Source: the human T2T-CHM13v2.0 reference genome, Homo sapiens. Taken from it: DNA of 64,000 bases. A model generated the notes under the pieces. The model saw only the letters and a list, made by a program, of their open reading frames with translations, was not told the DNA's origin and ran no database searches. The stretch is taken from assembly GCA_009914755.4 (NCBI GenBank), contig CP068257.2, positions 21,632,001-21,696,000 of the forward strand. Reading direction: 5' to 3'. Shown one piece after another: positions 1 to 15,860 of the stretch; position 1 is the first letter of the stretch; every line of letters starts with the position of its first letter. The translations under genes were made by a program, and so were the position numbers.

Positions 1-629
1 TTGAATATTTTTCTTTAATGATTGAAAGGAATATATTTCACTTAAACTTGTTTTTAGTTCTTATTTTAAAATGTTTTCCTTAGATTTTGTTTTTGTTTGC
101 TAGTTTTTGAGAAGAATCATAGGTTAATTATTTTCAGTCTTTTTTCTTTCCTAACATACATATTAGGGGCATAAATGTCCTCTGAACATGGTTTGAGATA
201 CATCTCATAGGTGTTTAATATTAAATCTTTAATTATTATTCAGCTCAAACCATTCTCTATTTTAAATTTTTTTTATTATATTTTAATGTAAGTTAAACAC
301 ACATGTGTGTGTGATTTCAACTTAATTGTACTGTGGTCAGGGAACATACTTTAGAAATTTATTTTAAGACCTAAACTCTTTTTGTTAAATTGCAAATGAT
401 ATACAAACTTATACAAATATATACTTCACAGATTAGAAGTGCATAAAAATTGTAAGTATCCGAAAAGACTGGTTCCATGTTGACTTCCAGAAGTATCTCC
501 AACTGAAAGTTAACTATTGACTTCCATCAGCCTGAGTTTTCCTGTAATTGAACTTTAAAGACTGAGAATCTACAATGGCACTCTTTTTTTATGTCTGACT
601 TCCCATGCTAAAATTTGTATTTATTAGTT

Positions 630-1500
630 TTATCCAAATTGGGGTTCATAGTTTCTTCATTTCATTGCTTTATACTATTTCATTTTATGAATATAGTATA
701 TCTATAGGCATTTATTTTATTTTCTGGTACTGAATATTACTGACAATACTGCTTTAATATTCTTAAACATTTGTATGGTCCATTTAAGTATACATTGCTG
801 TTGGGCATATACCCATGAGTGAAATAACTGAACTATAACGTACCCAAATGATGAACATAAATAGACAAACGATTTTCAATTTTGGTCAACTTTAGACTCC
901 AAACTATATTGCAAGTGTATTCCAGTTTCTCTGCATGTTTGCCTAAACATAATATATTCATTTAATTATTTTGTACAAGTTTAGCCAATTTTATGTTATA
1001 GTATCACAAAGTGGTTTAAACTTGTATTTTCCTGGTGTCCGATAATGTACACCTTTGTGTAAGTTTGATTACTGGATAGCATCTTTTATTAAGAATCTAT
1101 TCAAATATATTGCCCATTTTTTATTGAGTTGTTTAATAATTGTCTTTGTCATATACAGAAATTATTTATATATGACACAATGAAAATATGTTGTTCTACA
1201 CTAAGGGTTGCCTTTTCATTGATACTATGTTGTATTTTAATTAACATAAATTCATCATTTTAATATGGTCAAATTCACAAATCTTTATTTTATATTTGGT
1301 ACTTTCTGCTTTTATCTTAAAACTATGTTGTTATATTATATGGGTATATAAATCTTTAAGCTATTCTGTATATTTATAATTTTATATTTTACATTTAAGT
1401 CTCAAATGCATTTGGAATTGATTTTTTGTATGATTTGAAATATGGATCCACATATTTTCACGTGGATTTCCAATGAACCCAACTTATTGAATCAACACCG
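630..1500 (-). mobile_element. Old L1 (L1M-type) ORF2 3'-region fragment, antisense
   Basis: Read as reverse complement it follows the L1M ORF2/3' consensus colinearly, e.g. 'ttcattcctttttatggctgaataatattccattgtatgg' and 'tgggtatatacctaggagtggaattgctgggtcatatgg'. It is highly diverged. A weaker continuation toward 2700 is possible. Confidence 0.55.
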
Positions 1501-4500
1501 CTTATTGAAAATAAAATACCAATGCAGGTAAACAGCACTTGGTTATAAATCATATAACTATATGAGTCAGTGTTTCTCAAGATACATTATTCTTTTTTAT
1601 TGATATATTTTTCCACATTTATGTTAATATTACATTAAATATTGATTGCTTTAATGTAACTTGGTACATGATATAAAAGCTCTATTTATGTTTTTTCATA
1701 TTGTGTTGCCATTTCTTGCATTTTTGCCTTTTCATATAAACCTCAGAAGCAACTTCTCATTTTTTACACTGATATACATACAACCCATGCTTACACATAA
1801 ACACATATACACTTCTGAGATTTTTCATGGAATTGTTTTTAACTTGTAGATCAATTGACCAAAAACTGATATATTTAAAATGCTAAATATTCCATTTAGG
1901 AACAAGATACGTCTTTCAGTTTACTTAGACTTTCCTTTTTTTTTCTTTTGTAGAGAATGGTACTTAGATTGTCCTTAAATTATCTCGGAATATTTTATTT
2001 TGTTATATATGTCTTCCATGTTTTTCATTAGCATTATTCCTAATATTTTTGATGGGTCTTTTTTTTTTGGTGCTTTTGTTAGCAGTTTCATTGAGGTTTA
2101 AAGTCTATTTTATTGCCTCCGGTACATGGAGGCTTATCATCTTTTACATTGAATTTGTATCTAGAGAACTTGCTAAATTAACTTATTAATCCTCTCATTT
2201 TATCTTTTGATGCTTTTGAATTTTTTCACTGTATATATTATGTGCCAATTACAACAATTATTTCTTCTTCATTTCCAAATCTTATTACTTTTTTGTTTGT
2301 TTACTGAACTGGCTAGAAACATTAACAGAAGTTGAAGAGAAGTAGTGTTTTGATTCTGAACTTGTTTTGCTTCCAATCTTAGCAGAAAACGCCATTCTGA
2401 ACATTTTGGATATGTTGGTTTAATGTTTTTTTTAAATCAAGTTAAGAACATTATTGATTCTCCATTGAGATTATCATATTTCTTCTTTATTACATTGATA
2501 TACTGATATGCATTTATTGCTTTTGAAAGTTAAACCTTTTTAAAATCCTAGCATAAACTCAGTTCATCTTTGATATATTTTTCTGTGTAAGTAAATTTAA
2601 TTGGCTTTTGTTTGACTTAGCATATGTTTTTATATATATTATTGAGAGATGACAGCCTATACTATTCTCTTATAGAAAGTCTTTGTCAGAATTTAGACAA
2701 GAATATTCTAAGGCAATAGAATAATTCGAGATGTGATTTCATGACAGATTCTCTAGCACTGGAACCCATATATTTCAGGGAATCAGGAATTCTCTAAGAA
2801 TAAGGGCTGAAGAACAAATGGAAGCAAGTATGTCATCACAACTGAAGGCTATATCCAGGCTGTTGTCACAAGGAAGCTCTGGAGTGCATACTGTACCACA
2901 GAGGAAAGAATTCTAGCAATTTCATGGAGAAGAGGGCAGCTGCAAATTTCATTAGCCAGGAATCACTGAAGTTGGTGAATGTCTATGCCAGTTGCTAGAG
3001 GAAACTCTGATGAGTTATTGCACCCAACACAGTCCGCACTTAAACCACAAAGATTCAATTGTTTCTCCCATTTGTTATACTCCATCTAGGCTCTGCCTTA
3101 CCAAGATTCCATTTTATTACAATTTTCAGAAAAATTACAAAGGATGGCTTAATGGGACAAACCTTAATTCCTGTTGCTTCACTTGGTCCTGAATTCATAA
3201 CTGATCATCACAATCTCCACTTTCCATTCTCCATACTTTAGTTTCCCCCCTTTCAGCTAAGCTTTATGCTGATCAAAAGTGGCTTGTCATATTGTTTGAC
3301 TCAGGACATCATATCTGAAATCCTACTTGCCATATTCTCATCAGACCTTATTTGTTGTACTTGCTCATTTGCAGATGGGAATGGGCATGGGAATACCAAA
3401 AGTTGTTCTGAAGTGTTGCAATATATTTCTCTTTCTATTATATAACAAATGACCTAACTACATGTAGTGATTAGGGCCAGTTATCTTTGCCAATATGCTA
3501 ACTCCTCAGTTCTTGCTTGTTTGGTGGCATGAATCACCCGAAGTCATCAGGTAGCAGATACATCTTTAAGTTTTTTCATGTATAATTTCTGATCTTGCTA
3601 TTCATTGTTTTGGACATGGATGTATTTAAATATGATACAGCAATCCCCTTTTCTTCATGGTTGCACTTCAACTATTTCAATTACCTGCAGTCAACTATGG
3701 GCTGAGAAGATTAAATGAAAAATTTCAGAAATAAACAATTAATACATTTTAAATTGTGTATCATTTTGAGTAGCTTGATGAAATCTTGTGCCCTGTTGCA
3801 CCATCTCATTTGGGACATGAACTGTCCTTTTGTCCAGAGTATCCATACTACCTGCCTGTTAGTCGTTTAGTAACTGTTATCATTATCCGATTGATTTTCC
3901 TGGTATCACATCACTTAAGTTTAAGTAGCTCTTATGTTACTTAGTAATGACTGCAAAACACGAGTTGTGATGCGGGCAATTTGGATACAACAAAAAGAAG
4001 CCATTAAGTTTGTTCGTTAGTTAACAGGTGAAAGCTCTCAAGTTATTAAGGATAAAAATGCTAGTATATATATATATGGTTTGGAACTATACTGCGGATT
4101 TTGGATCATATCCGCCATGGATAAGGGAGGAATACTATAATCAGGTTTGTTTTAAATTCCATGTCTAATGACTTCGTTATCTAGATCACCTGTAGAGCTG
4201 TTTTTATTGTAGGAGTTTTCCTTGGTTTTAATCTTTTGATTTGTTTTTCATGTTAATACTGAAATTTTTAAAAATTGCATATTGTACTTCCTATATGAAA
4301 ATTTTACTATGTATTTTTATTTTTATTTTCCTTTTCCTTTAGGAAGAATTAGTTTGTTCCCTGACAGAGTTAGAGTAAGGGCAAATTACTTGTCTCTATA
4401 AACAACTCAGATGTTTTGAGCCGGTGTTGTAGGGGTTATCTTTTTCTGGTTTTGCATTTTATTATAGGACATAGTGCTTAATAAGTCTAAACTGAATGCA

Positions 4501-5414
4501 TGATTTTTTTGCTGTCATTTCTCCTCATCTGTCCAGCAGTCTAATTTTACCTCTGCTGCAAAGTAAGATTATTGAAAGCTTTTAGCTTTTTAGTCACTTA
4601 GCAATAGCTTTCTGATTGACTTCTTGGATCCTCATCCCCATGCTTTGTAGAATTTACCAATGGCCTAGAGTAGTAAAGCACTCGAAATTCTAAGAACGCT
4701 TCCCTGGGTCATTCTTCTCCTCCAGGACTCCTAGCCTTCACATTCTGGGTGTGCTATTACTTCTGAAAACAAATATTTACCTCCTCCCATAATCATATCT
4801 CAAACTCAAAGTTTCTGCTTTCCACTAAGCCTTTATGCCTTATCCTGAGATTTAGGGAAAGCAATGTCCAACATAAAAGAGCAGTATAATCTGGCCCCCT
4901 GCAATTTGTTTATGTTCTCTCTATCATCTTGTAGCCTCAAGTTCTATTTACTTGGTGCTCTTTGATACTCAGTACCAGATGCTTTTGGCACTTCTTCAGT
5001 TTTATGAATGTGTTTTTCTGACTCATGTTACTCAATGGTAACCAGTTGGGCAATACCACTTTATAAGATTTCAATGCAATGAAGTCCTTTGGAACTTAAT
5101 GGGTCAGAATAGGACTTTTTTGGGTGAGTATTTGAATAAACAAGACTATTTCTATAATTACTATAAGCTGGTTTTCACATAATTAAATCCTGGATTCTTC
5201 CCACATATTAGTCTAGTAGAATTAGACTTTATCTCATTAATTATCATTTTAACATTACATATCACGTTAGAGTATATAAATACATAATTGGAAGTTTCAT
5301 TTAAACAGCAAACTCTAGGCTGCTATAATATTAATTTTTTTAAGAAACAGAAAGTAATCAAAAAGTAAATCTTTTGCTTTACATCGCTATTATGGGTAGA
5401 ATTATGTGCTCCTC

Positions 5415-5929
5415 AAAAGTTGTTTAAGTACCCCCAAAGGATTATAAATAATTCTACTAGAATGACACATGCACACATATGTTTATTGCAGCACTATTTA
5501 CAATAGCAAAGACTTGGAACCAACCCAAATGCCCATCAATAATAGACTGGATAAAGAAAATGTGGCACATATGCACCATGGAATACTATGCAGCCATAAA
5601 AAGGAATGACTTCATGTCCTTTCCAAGAACGTGGATGAAGCTGGAAACCATCATTCTCAGCGAACTAGCACAGGAACAGAAAACCAAACACTGCCTATTC
5701 TCACTCGTAAGTGGGAGTTGAACAATGAGAACACATGGACACAGGAAGGGGAACATCACACACTGGGGCCTGTCAGGGAGTGGGGGTTAAGGGGAGTGAT
5801 AGCATTAGGACAAATACCCAATTCATGCGGGGCTTAAAACCTAGATGATTGTTGATGGGTGCAGCCAATCACCGTGGCACATGTATACCTATGTAACAAA
5901 TCTGCACATTCTGCACATGTATCCTAGAA
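5415..5929 (+). mobile_element. L1 (L1PA-type) 3' end, 5'-truncated, sense orientation, lacking poly-A
   Basis: Near-consensus match to the L1 ORF2 C-terminus and 3'UTR ('cacatgcacacatatgtttattgcagcactatt...gcattaggacaaatacc...cctatgtaacaaatctgcacattctgcacatgtatcctagaa'). It stops abruptly after 'cctagaa' without the expected 'cttaaagtaaaat + poly-A'. Confidence 0.85.
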
Positions 5930-5981
5930 GTGATAAGAACAGATACTACACTTGATCTCAGCCAAAAGGCCGAGAATTGAT
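5930..5981 (-). pseudogene. U2 snRNA 5'-end fragment (nt 1-52) in antisense orientation, directly abutting the L1 3' end
   Basis: The window reads 'gtgataagaacagatactacacttgatctcagccaaaaggccgagaattgat'. The reverse complement of U2 nt 1-52 is 'ctgataagaacagatactacacttgatcttagccaaaaggccgagaagcgat'. 48 of 52 positions are identical. Confidence 0.75.
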
Positions 5982-6005
5982 AAAGCATATATATATACTT
6001 TTGAG

Positions 6006-6006
<1 letters not shown>

Positions 6007-6049
<43 letters not shown>
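6007..6049. repeat. (ATCT)n / (GATA)n tetranucleotide microsatellite, about 11 units
   Basis: Perfect atct repeats are visible in the sequence. Confidence 0.95.
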
Positions 6050-6097
6050 CCTCAATGGAGGGGTCAATATTTTCCAGCTATGTATATATAGTTGTTT

Positions 6098-6480
6098 AAA
6101 TCCTAACCCTAAGTACCTGTGAATGTGACCTTACTGGGGAATAGGATCTTTGCAATGAGCAACTTAAAATGACGTCATTAGAGTGGGCCCTACTTTAGTA
6201 CGAATGATGTCCTTTTATAAAAAGAAAATTTAGACACAGAGACAAACACAAATAGAAGAAAAATGATATAAAACACAGACAGAAAACCATCTAGAAGCCA
6301 AGGAATGCCTCAAGGCACACAAAACTTGGAGGGAGGCATGGAACAGAATTTCCCTGGCAGCCCACAGAAGGAACCAGTCCTGGCCATGCCTTGATTTTGA
6401 AATTCTTGCCTCCAGAACTGTGACTCAATTTGTGTTTAATTCACCCAGTTTATGATATTATGTTATTACAGGCCCCCAAA
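6098..6480 (+). mobile_element. MLT-type (ERVL-MaLR) solo LTR, diverged
   Basis: It has the typical MLT1 architecture: '...aatcctaaccc...gtgaccttactgggga...agagtgggccctac...' and ends in '...cttgcctccagaactgtgac...ttcacccagtttatgatattatgttattacaggccc'. Compare consensus 'cagcctccagaactgtgagaaataaat...aagccacccagtctatggtattttgttatagcagccc'. Confidence 0.5.
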
Positions 6481-8196
6481 ATTAATATTATAGATAACCA
6501 CCTGGAAGCTGTAATCTCTATACCTAAACCCAAGACAGACTATTACAAATCTCTGGACCTCTTCCCTTCAGGATTCATGAAAAGTAAATCATTAATTGGT
6601 CTATGTATCAGCTTACAAGTACAGGTTTTTTAGTAGTTTATGATAAAATACTGGAGCTTTAAGTTTATGTCTTTAAAACATGGAAACAAATATAGGAAGT
6701 ACTAAGAGAGTTAAGAACTTTTAAATGTTAAGGGGCTTTGAAGAAGTTTGTAGAAATAGAAATAACATATCATTAGAAGTATATAAATATAATATAAATA
6801 TATTAATTAGAGCTAGAAGTAAGATTAGTAGACTAGCCTTCTTTATCAACCAAAAAATAAAAGTTCTATTCTTTTCATGAAGACATAACAAAATATTCTT
6901 TTTGATTATTTTATTTTTTTTTAGTTTCTTAGCATATTAAAATGTATTTATATATTAGCCATCCTCTATAATCTCATGTGTGGATATATTTAAGGAGATT
7001 TTTTAACCCAGACTTAATATAATATAATTTATTTTATTCTAGTATTATTTTAGCTTTGTTTTTTATATACAAATATTTGGTCTATGCATTTTATTTTAAT
7101 GTGAAGAACTGCATAGTTTTCTGAAAATGTTTACAAATGCTATAACTACTATCTCAGAGCACTCTTTACATTTGAGATTTCTCAATGGAGGGGTCAATAT
7201 TTTCCTAACACAGGTGAGAAAAAAAGAATGAGTATCATCAAATAAATTTCCATGTTCATGTAGATTTTATGGCAGATATTAGACTCAAATGCAGTACTAG
7301 ATGGCTCCAAACTACACAGTAATCTCAAGTTTGGTACAGTAGAAAGAATTAGTGTTAAAATATCTCCTTAGCTTTCCAAGAAAGTCAGGCTGACCATATG
7401 ATTTTGCAAGCCATCAGATTATCAGTTATTTTGGCATTAAATTATGTTTCCAGTTATGCATATGTAACTTCCAAGGTCCTTGACATTAGGAGTTAAATTA
7501 TAACTGCTATAAATAAATAATATGAAACAAATGCTTTTCATTTTCCAATTAAATTTGAATATATAATAAGGATTTCAAGTACCAGTGATTTTAATAACTG
7601 ATTAAATTTATCTCCCTGTTAGAAGAAACCACTATACCCATTCATTATATCCCAATTTCCTTTGAACATGTCTAGATGGTCAAGATGATTTAGCCAGAGG
7701 AAAAAACAATTAATAAATATTTTGGGCAAAATAAAAAAACAAACCCCCCACAGCAATGTGATGATGCCCCAGAGATAAGGATTCAAGAAGAATTTAGGGC
7801 AGGCAAGAATGGCAGGTCTGGGAGTCAGATGCAGGGGTCATTTAATGCAAAGCTGAAAGAGTTACAGAGGCCATAGAATTTAAATCTATGTCGGCCATGC
7901 ACAGTGCTGACCATTGTGAGGGGCACATAATATTTTGTCATTGTAGACGAAAAGGATAAGTCGTAATTTGCTTAGCTGATGTGATGCCACACTGGATCAT
8001 TACAAGGTCTTTAATTTTCAGCTATTAAAAAGCACTGGATCTTCTGCAATCTTGTTACATTTGCTGGAAGTTGAAACATTGAATAATATTCTAATTTATT
8101 TCTTATTAATTGTGTCCCCAGTTTGAATATGTAGTTTATAAGACTCTCAAAATTACAAACAGTGTTGCATATGTGTCTCTGCAAACTACTTGATAG

Positions 8197-8897
<701 letters not shown>

Positions 8898-9637
8898 TGA
8901 ATAAAGTTACATTTCTGTGAGAAAATTGTTTTACTTTACAACTTTCATCAAAATTATATGAATAATCTTGTTCATAAAATCTATATTACAATTTGATTTT
9001 CAAAATGTGTTTGGGCCATGAAGTATTTATTTTTGCTTTTGTGACTTGATGGTTTATCACATCTTTCTAGTCATATCAAGTTACTTTTTCTATATGTTTG
9101 TTAGCATTCTTACCATAGAAAGCACATTAATTGGCAGTTTATCACATACATAAAAATATTCTTTTGATTTTTTTAGTCTCTTAGAATATTAAAATATATT
9201 TATACATTAAGCATCCTTCTATAATCTCATGTTTGGATGTTACATTTTAGCAGGTTTAGTTAACCCAGACTTTACGTAATGTAATTTATTTTATCCAAAT
9301 ACTATTATAGCTTTGTTACTTATATGCAAATATTTGATCCTTCTGTGCATTTTGTTACAATGTGATGAATTCTATAGTTCTCTGAAAATTTTTACATATG
9401 CAATAGCTACTATATTAGAGGACTTATTTATAATGCCTTTAACTCCTAGTAACTGATATATCATTATCTTCATTATCACAAAATATTCAGGAGTTGGTCT
9501 TTTGATAAAAACAAATTTCTGGTCATCTTTCTGCCCAATAGATAATACATTTTTTTCCTTAATCATATTTTGTTGTTTCTAAATTTTCACTAGACAATGT
9601 ACACTACATGGAATAATAACTAAATTAATTAAGAAAA

Positions 9638-10001
9638 CAGTGTATTAGTTTGTTTTCAGGCTGCTGATAAAGACATACCTAAGAGTGGGTAATTTATAAA
9701 GAAAAAGAGGTTTCATGGTCTCACAGTTTTACGTGGTTGGGGAGGCCTCACGATCATGGCAGAAGAGAAAAACACATCTTACATGGTGGCATACAAGAGA
9801 GAATGAGAGCCAAGCAAAAGGGGAAACCCCTTATAAAACCATCAGGTCTCATGAGACTTAGTCACTACCACAAGAACAGTATGGGGGAAGCCACCCATAC
9901 GATTCAATTATCTCCCACCTGGTTCCTCCCTCAACACATGGGAATTATGGGAGCTACAATTCAAGATGAGATTTGGGTGGGGACATAGCCAAACCATATC
10001 A
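9638..10001 (-). mobile_element. Solo THE1-type MaLR LTR, antisense
   Basis: It is the reverse complement of the THE1 LTR. It starts 'ctgtattagt...gataaagacatacc...gggtaatttataaag' and ends '...gatttgggtggggacatagccaaaccatatca'. Confidence 0.85.
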
Positions 10002-12039
10002 AGCAGTATTAACAGAATGAGAGATAAAAGAGATACACAAACCATGAAAAAAGCACCCTGCAGCACATAAACTTATACGTGTATGTTTTTGTGTTTATCA
10101 TCCCTTCTAAATTGTATACTCTTTAAGTGTTGAAATGTTGTCTTTTTCAATATTGTAGTTCGAGCATATAAGATAATGCTTGGTACATAATATGAACCTA
10201 ATAAACATTTATTGAATAAAATAATTTAAAAATATTTAAATAAATTTATGAACATTACAAATAACAGGCAGTGAAGGAAAGAGAGATTACAGGGAAGAAG
10301 CTGTATAATTCTAATAATAACATAAATATCAGTAACTGAATACCTTTTAAGCACGACGACCTATAGTTTGCATTTTACCTACTGAGTTCCTTCAAAGTGC
10401 AATGCATGTGCTTTTCATTTTAAATAATATATACATAGAATTCATATTTTTTATGTATTTATCACAACATTAATATTTATTATCATCTTCAATGCACAGT
10501 TGCTAAAACTACCACTTGAAAAAAAAAGCTTGTTAAGATTAAATGATTAGTAAATGGTAATCATTTACTAATCATAAAATTAAGTTTATATTTTCAAATC
10601 CTCTATAGCTAATTTACCCTGAATATCTCAATATGCAATTTAAATTGTTGGGCAAAACCCAACTTATCCCACTAGTCTACTTCCAATGAGAAAAAAAAAA
10701 AACAATTATTTAGCCATTCATGACACCTAAATCATCAGCAAACTAGTGATGTGTGATAAATAATTATTTGTGAGTGGATTATGAAGTCAAACTGGCTTTG
10801 GTTCCATTTCTTTTCTCCCATGCTGTGGGCCAATTCAAGTAGTATATTCTTTTTTCATTTTTGCCACAAACAATTGTTCCAAACTGAATGGATTACAAGA
10901 ACAAAAGAGTATTATCCTATAATTTTGTTGGTTGGAAATATGATCCCAGTCTCACTGAGCTAAAATTAAGGCATGGGTAGGGCTGCCTTATTATCTAGCA
11001 GCTACAGAGAATAATCTGTTTCTTTGTCTTTTTCACTTTCTAGAGACAACTTGTATTCCTTGGTTCATTACTCCATTCCTTTATCTTTAAAGCCATTAAT
11101 GACAAGGTGATTCCATTTCATTCTGTCATCTTTCTGGTTCTCCGCAGCTAGGAAAGCTATTCATGTAACTCATAGCTTGACATAACTTTCTTTCCTTGCC
11201 CAGTAATAAAAGTTAATGTCTGCATGGACATCATTGGCAATATGCAGAAAAGGTGCATGACAAGTCTTTATTCATGGAAGTTAAGCAGTTAAATCCATTG
11301 CTTAGATCTGGAGAAATTTTTAAGTTGGCGCTTATACCTGATAATAAAACATTTTAGTTTGGGGAAAATATGGCTTTTTCTTGGTTAGAACCTACCATAA
11401 AAGAAGAATAATCATGATCAGATGAACATAAAAAGAAGTTATTGGTTGGTGGTGCTCACTGCTGGAAATAATAAGCAATATCTGTCCAAGGCTATGAAGT
11501 AGAGAAATGAGGAGACGTTCGTTCAACAAGGCTGCAACAGCCACTCAAAGAATTCTTTTGTTCGTAGCAGCAGATGGGAACGCACACAGTCCTGAGTGCA
11601 TAAGCAATGTTTATTTGGGGCGATTAGAATACTTGGTGGCAGTTAGAGAGATACTTTTATATGTACTGGAATTCCCTTTTGGGCAAATGAGGTCAATTAG
11701 AATAATTTAAGTTACAGTCAAACATGGAGTATGAAATGTAATCTATTACACTGAGGGGGAATAGGTTAGATGCTTCCAAATGTGCAGGGATTTTTTTTTT
11801 CATAATGATCAGACTCAGGTTTAGCATGGATATTCTGTACATTAAATATGCTTGGAAAATCCTGCCATAGTGACCAGAGTTATTGCTGAGTAAATGCATA
11901 TGGGGAGATTTATTTGACACCTTTAAGTCCTGAAACTCAAATGATATTATCACGGAAGTAGAGGATGAAGAGTAGACAGATTATCTGAGCCATACAAATG
12001 ACAAAACACAGCATCCCTTAGGTCGTCATGCAAAAGTAA

Positions 12040-14340
12040 TGATATGGTTTGGCTGTGTTGCCATCCAAATCTCATCTCGAATTGTAGCTCCCATAATTTC
12101 CACCTGTTGGAAGAGGGACCTGGTGGGAGATAATTGAATCATGGGGATGGTTTCCCCCATACTGTTCTTGTGGTAGTTAATAAGTCTCACAAGATCTGAT
12201 GGTTTTATAAGGGGTTTCCCCTTTTGCTTGACTCTCATTCTCTCTTGTCTGCTGCCATGCTAGGTCGTGCCTTTCGCCTTCTGCCATGATCATGAGGCCT
12301 CCCCATCTACATGGAACTGTGAGCCTATTAAACCTCTTTTTCTTTAAAAATGACCCAGTCTCAGGTATGTCTTTATCAGCAGCATGAAAATGGACTAATA
12401 GAGTAAATTGGTACAGTTAGAGTGGAGTGCTGTTGTAAAGATGCTTGAAAATGTGGAAGTGACTTTGGAATTGTGTAACAGGCAGAGGTTCAAACAGTTT
12501 GCACAGCTCAGAAGAAAAACAGGAAAATGTGAAAAAGTTTGGAACTTCTTAGTCTCGTTGAATGGCTTTGATCAAAATGCTGATAATGATATGGACAATA
12601 AAATCCAGGTTGAGGTGGTCTCAGATGGATATAAGGAACTTGTTGGGAACTGGAGTAAAGATGACTCTTGCTATATTTTAGCAGAGACTGGCAGCATTTT
12701 GCCCCTGTCCTAGAGATTTGTGGAACTTTGAACTTGAGGGAGATGATTTAGGGTATCTGGGAGAAGAAATTTCTAAGCAGCAAAACACTCAAGAGGTGAC
12801 TTCAGAGTTATTAAAAGCATTCAGTTTTAAAGGGGAAATAAAGCATAAATGTTCAGAAATTTGCAGTCTGATAATGTGATATAAAAGAAAAATCCATTTT
12901 CAGAGGAGAAATTCAAGCTGGCTGAAGAAATTTACGTAAGTAACAAGGAGCCAAATGTTAATCACCAGGACAATGGTGGAAACGTCTTCAGGGCATGACA
13001 GAGGGCTTTGCTGCAGCCCCTCCTATCACAGGCCCAGAGGCCTAGGAGGAAAAAAAAAATGGTTTCCTTGGCCAGGCCCACGGTCCCACTGCTGTGTACA
13101 GCCTCAGGATATAGGACCCTGTATCCCATCTGCTTCAGCTCCAGCCATTTCTAAAATGGGCCAAGGTACAGCTCAGGCTGTTGCTTCAGAGGGTGCAAGC
13201 CCCAAACCTTGCCAGGTTCCATGTGGTGTTGAGCCTGTGGGTGCACAGAAGTCAAGAATTGAGGATTGGGAACCACCATCTAAATCTCTGAGGATATTGG
13301 AAAAAGCTGGATGTCCAGGCAGAAGTTTGCTCTAGGGGTGTTGTCCTCATGGAGAACCTCTGCTAGAGCATTGCAGAAGGGAAATGTGGGTTTCAAGCCC
13401 CCACACAGAGTCCCCACTGGGGCATTGCCTAGTGGAGCCATGAGAAGAGGACCCTCATCATCCAGACCCCAGAATGGTAGGTAGATCCCCAGCTTGCACC
13501 GTGCACCTGGAAAAGCCATAGACACTCAACACCAGCCTTTGAGAGCAGCCAAGAGGGAGGCTGTACACTACAAAGTCACAGGGCTGGAGCTGCTCTAGAT
13601 CCTGGGAACCCATCCCTTGTATCAGTGTGACCTGGATATGAGACATGGAGTCAAAGAAGATTATTTTGGAACTTTAAGATTTGACTGCCCTGCTGGATTT
13701 TGGACTTTCATGGGACCTGTATCTCCTTCATTTTGGCCAATTTCTCTCATTTGGAATGGCTGTATTTACCCAATGCCTGTACCCCAGTTGTATCTAGGAA
13801 GTAACTAACTTGCTTTTGATTTTACAAGCTCATAGGCAAAAGGGACTTGCCTTGTCTCAGATGAGATTTTGGAGTATAGACTTTTGAGTTAATGCTGAAA
13901 TGAGTTAAGACTTTGGGGGACTGTTGGGAAGGAATGATTGGTTTTGAAATGTAAGACCATGAGATTTGGGAGGGGCCGGGGTGGAATGATATGGTTTGGC
14001 TGTGTCCTGACCCATATCCCATCTTAAATTATCTTGAATTGTAGCTCTCACAATTCCCACATGCAATGGGAGGGACCCAGTGGGAGATAATGGAATCATG
14101 GCAGTAATTTCAACCTTACTGTTCTCAGGGTAGTGAATAAATCTCATGAGATCTGATGGTTCTGTAAGGAATTTCCCCTTTTACTTGGCTCTCATTTTCT
14201 CTTGTCTGCCACCATGTAAGATGTGCCTTTCACCTTCTGGCATGATTGTGAGCCTCCCCGCCTAGTGGAACTGTGAGTCCAATAAACCTCTTTTTCTTTA
14301 TAAATTACCCAGTTTCATGTATGTCTTTATCAGCAATGTA
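12040..14340 (+). mobile_element. LTR-internal-LTR MaLR retroelement (THE1/MST class): 5' LTR 12040-12402, internal region 12403-13986, 3' LTR 13987-14340 (last ~20 bp of the 3' LTR missing)
   Basis: Both LTRs begin 'tgatatggtttggctgtg...'. The 5' LTR ends '...cagcagcatgaaaatggactaata'. The internal sequence matches the MaLR internal consensus ('gagtaaattggtacagtagagtgg...gaaaatgtggaagtgactttggaa...'). The ORFs at 12408-12713 and 12955-13335 lie in this non-coding internal region. Confidence 0.85.
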
Positions 14341-14411
14341 AATTTGCAAAAGGAACCTCATAGATTTGATCTTCTCAGTAGAGGTCCATGGGCTTTATAA
14401 TTAAAGACTTA

Positions 14412-15860
<1,449 letters not shown>

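Noticed and set aside
10543-10590. 12-bp perfect inverted repeat 'tgattagtaaat'-ggtaatc-'atttactaatca' (hairpin)
   Set aside because: It is short and AT-rich, and such palindromes occur by chance at this composition. There is no flanking context suggesting a transposon terminus or regulatory site.
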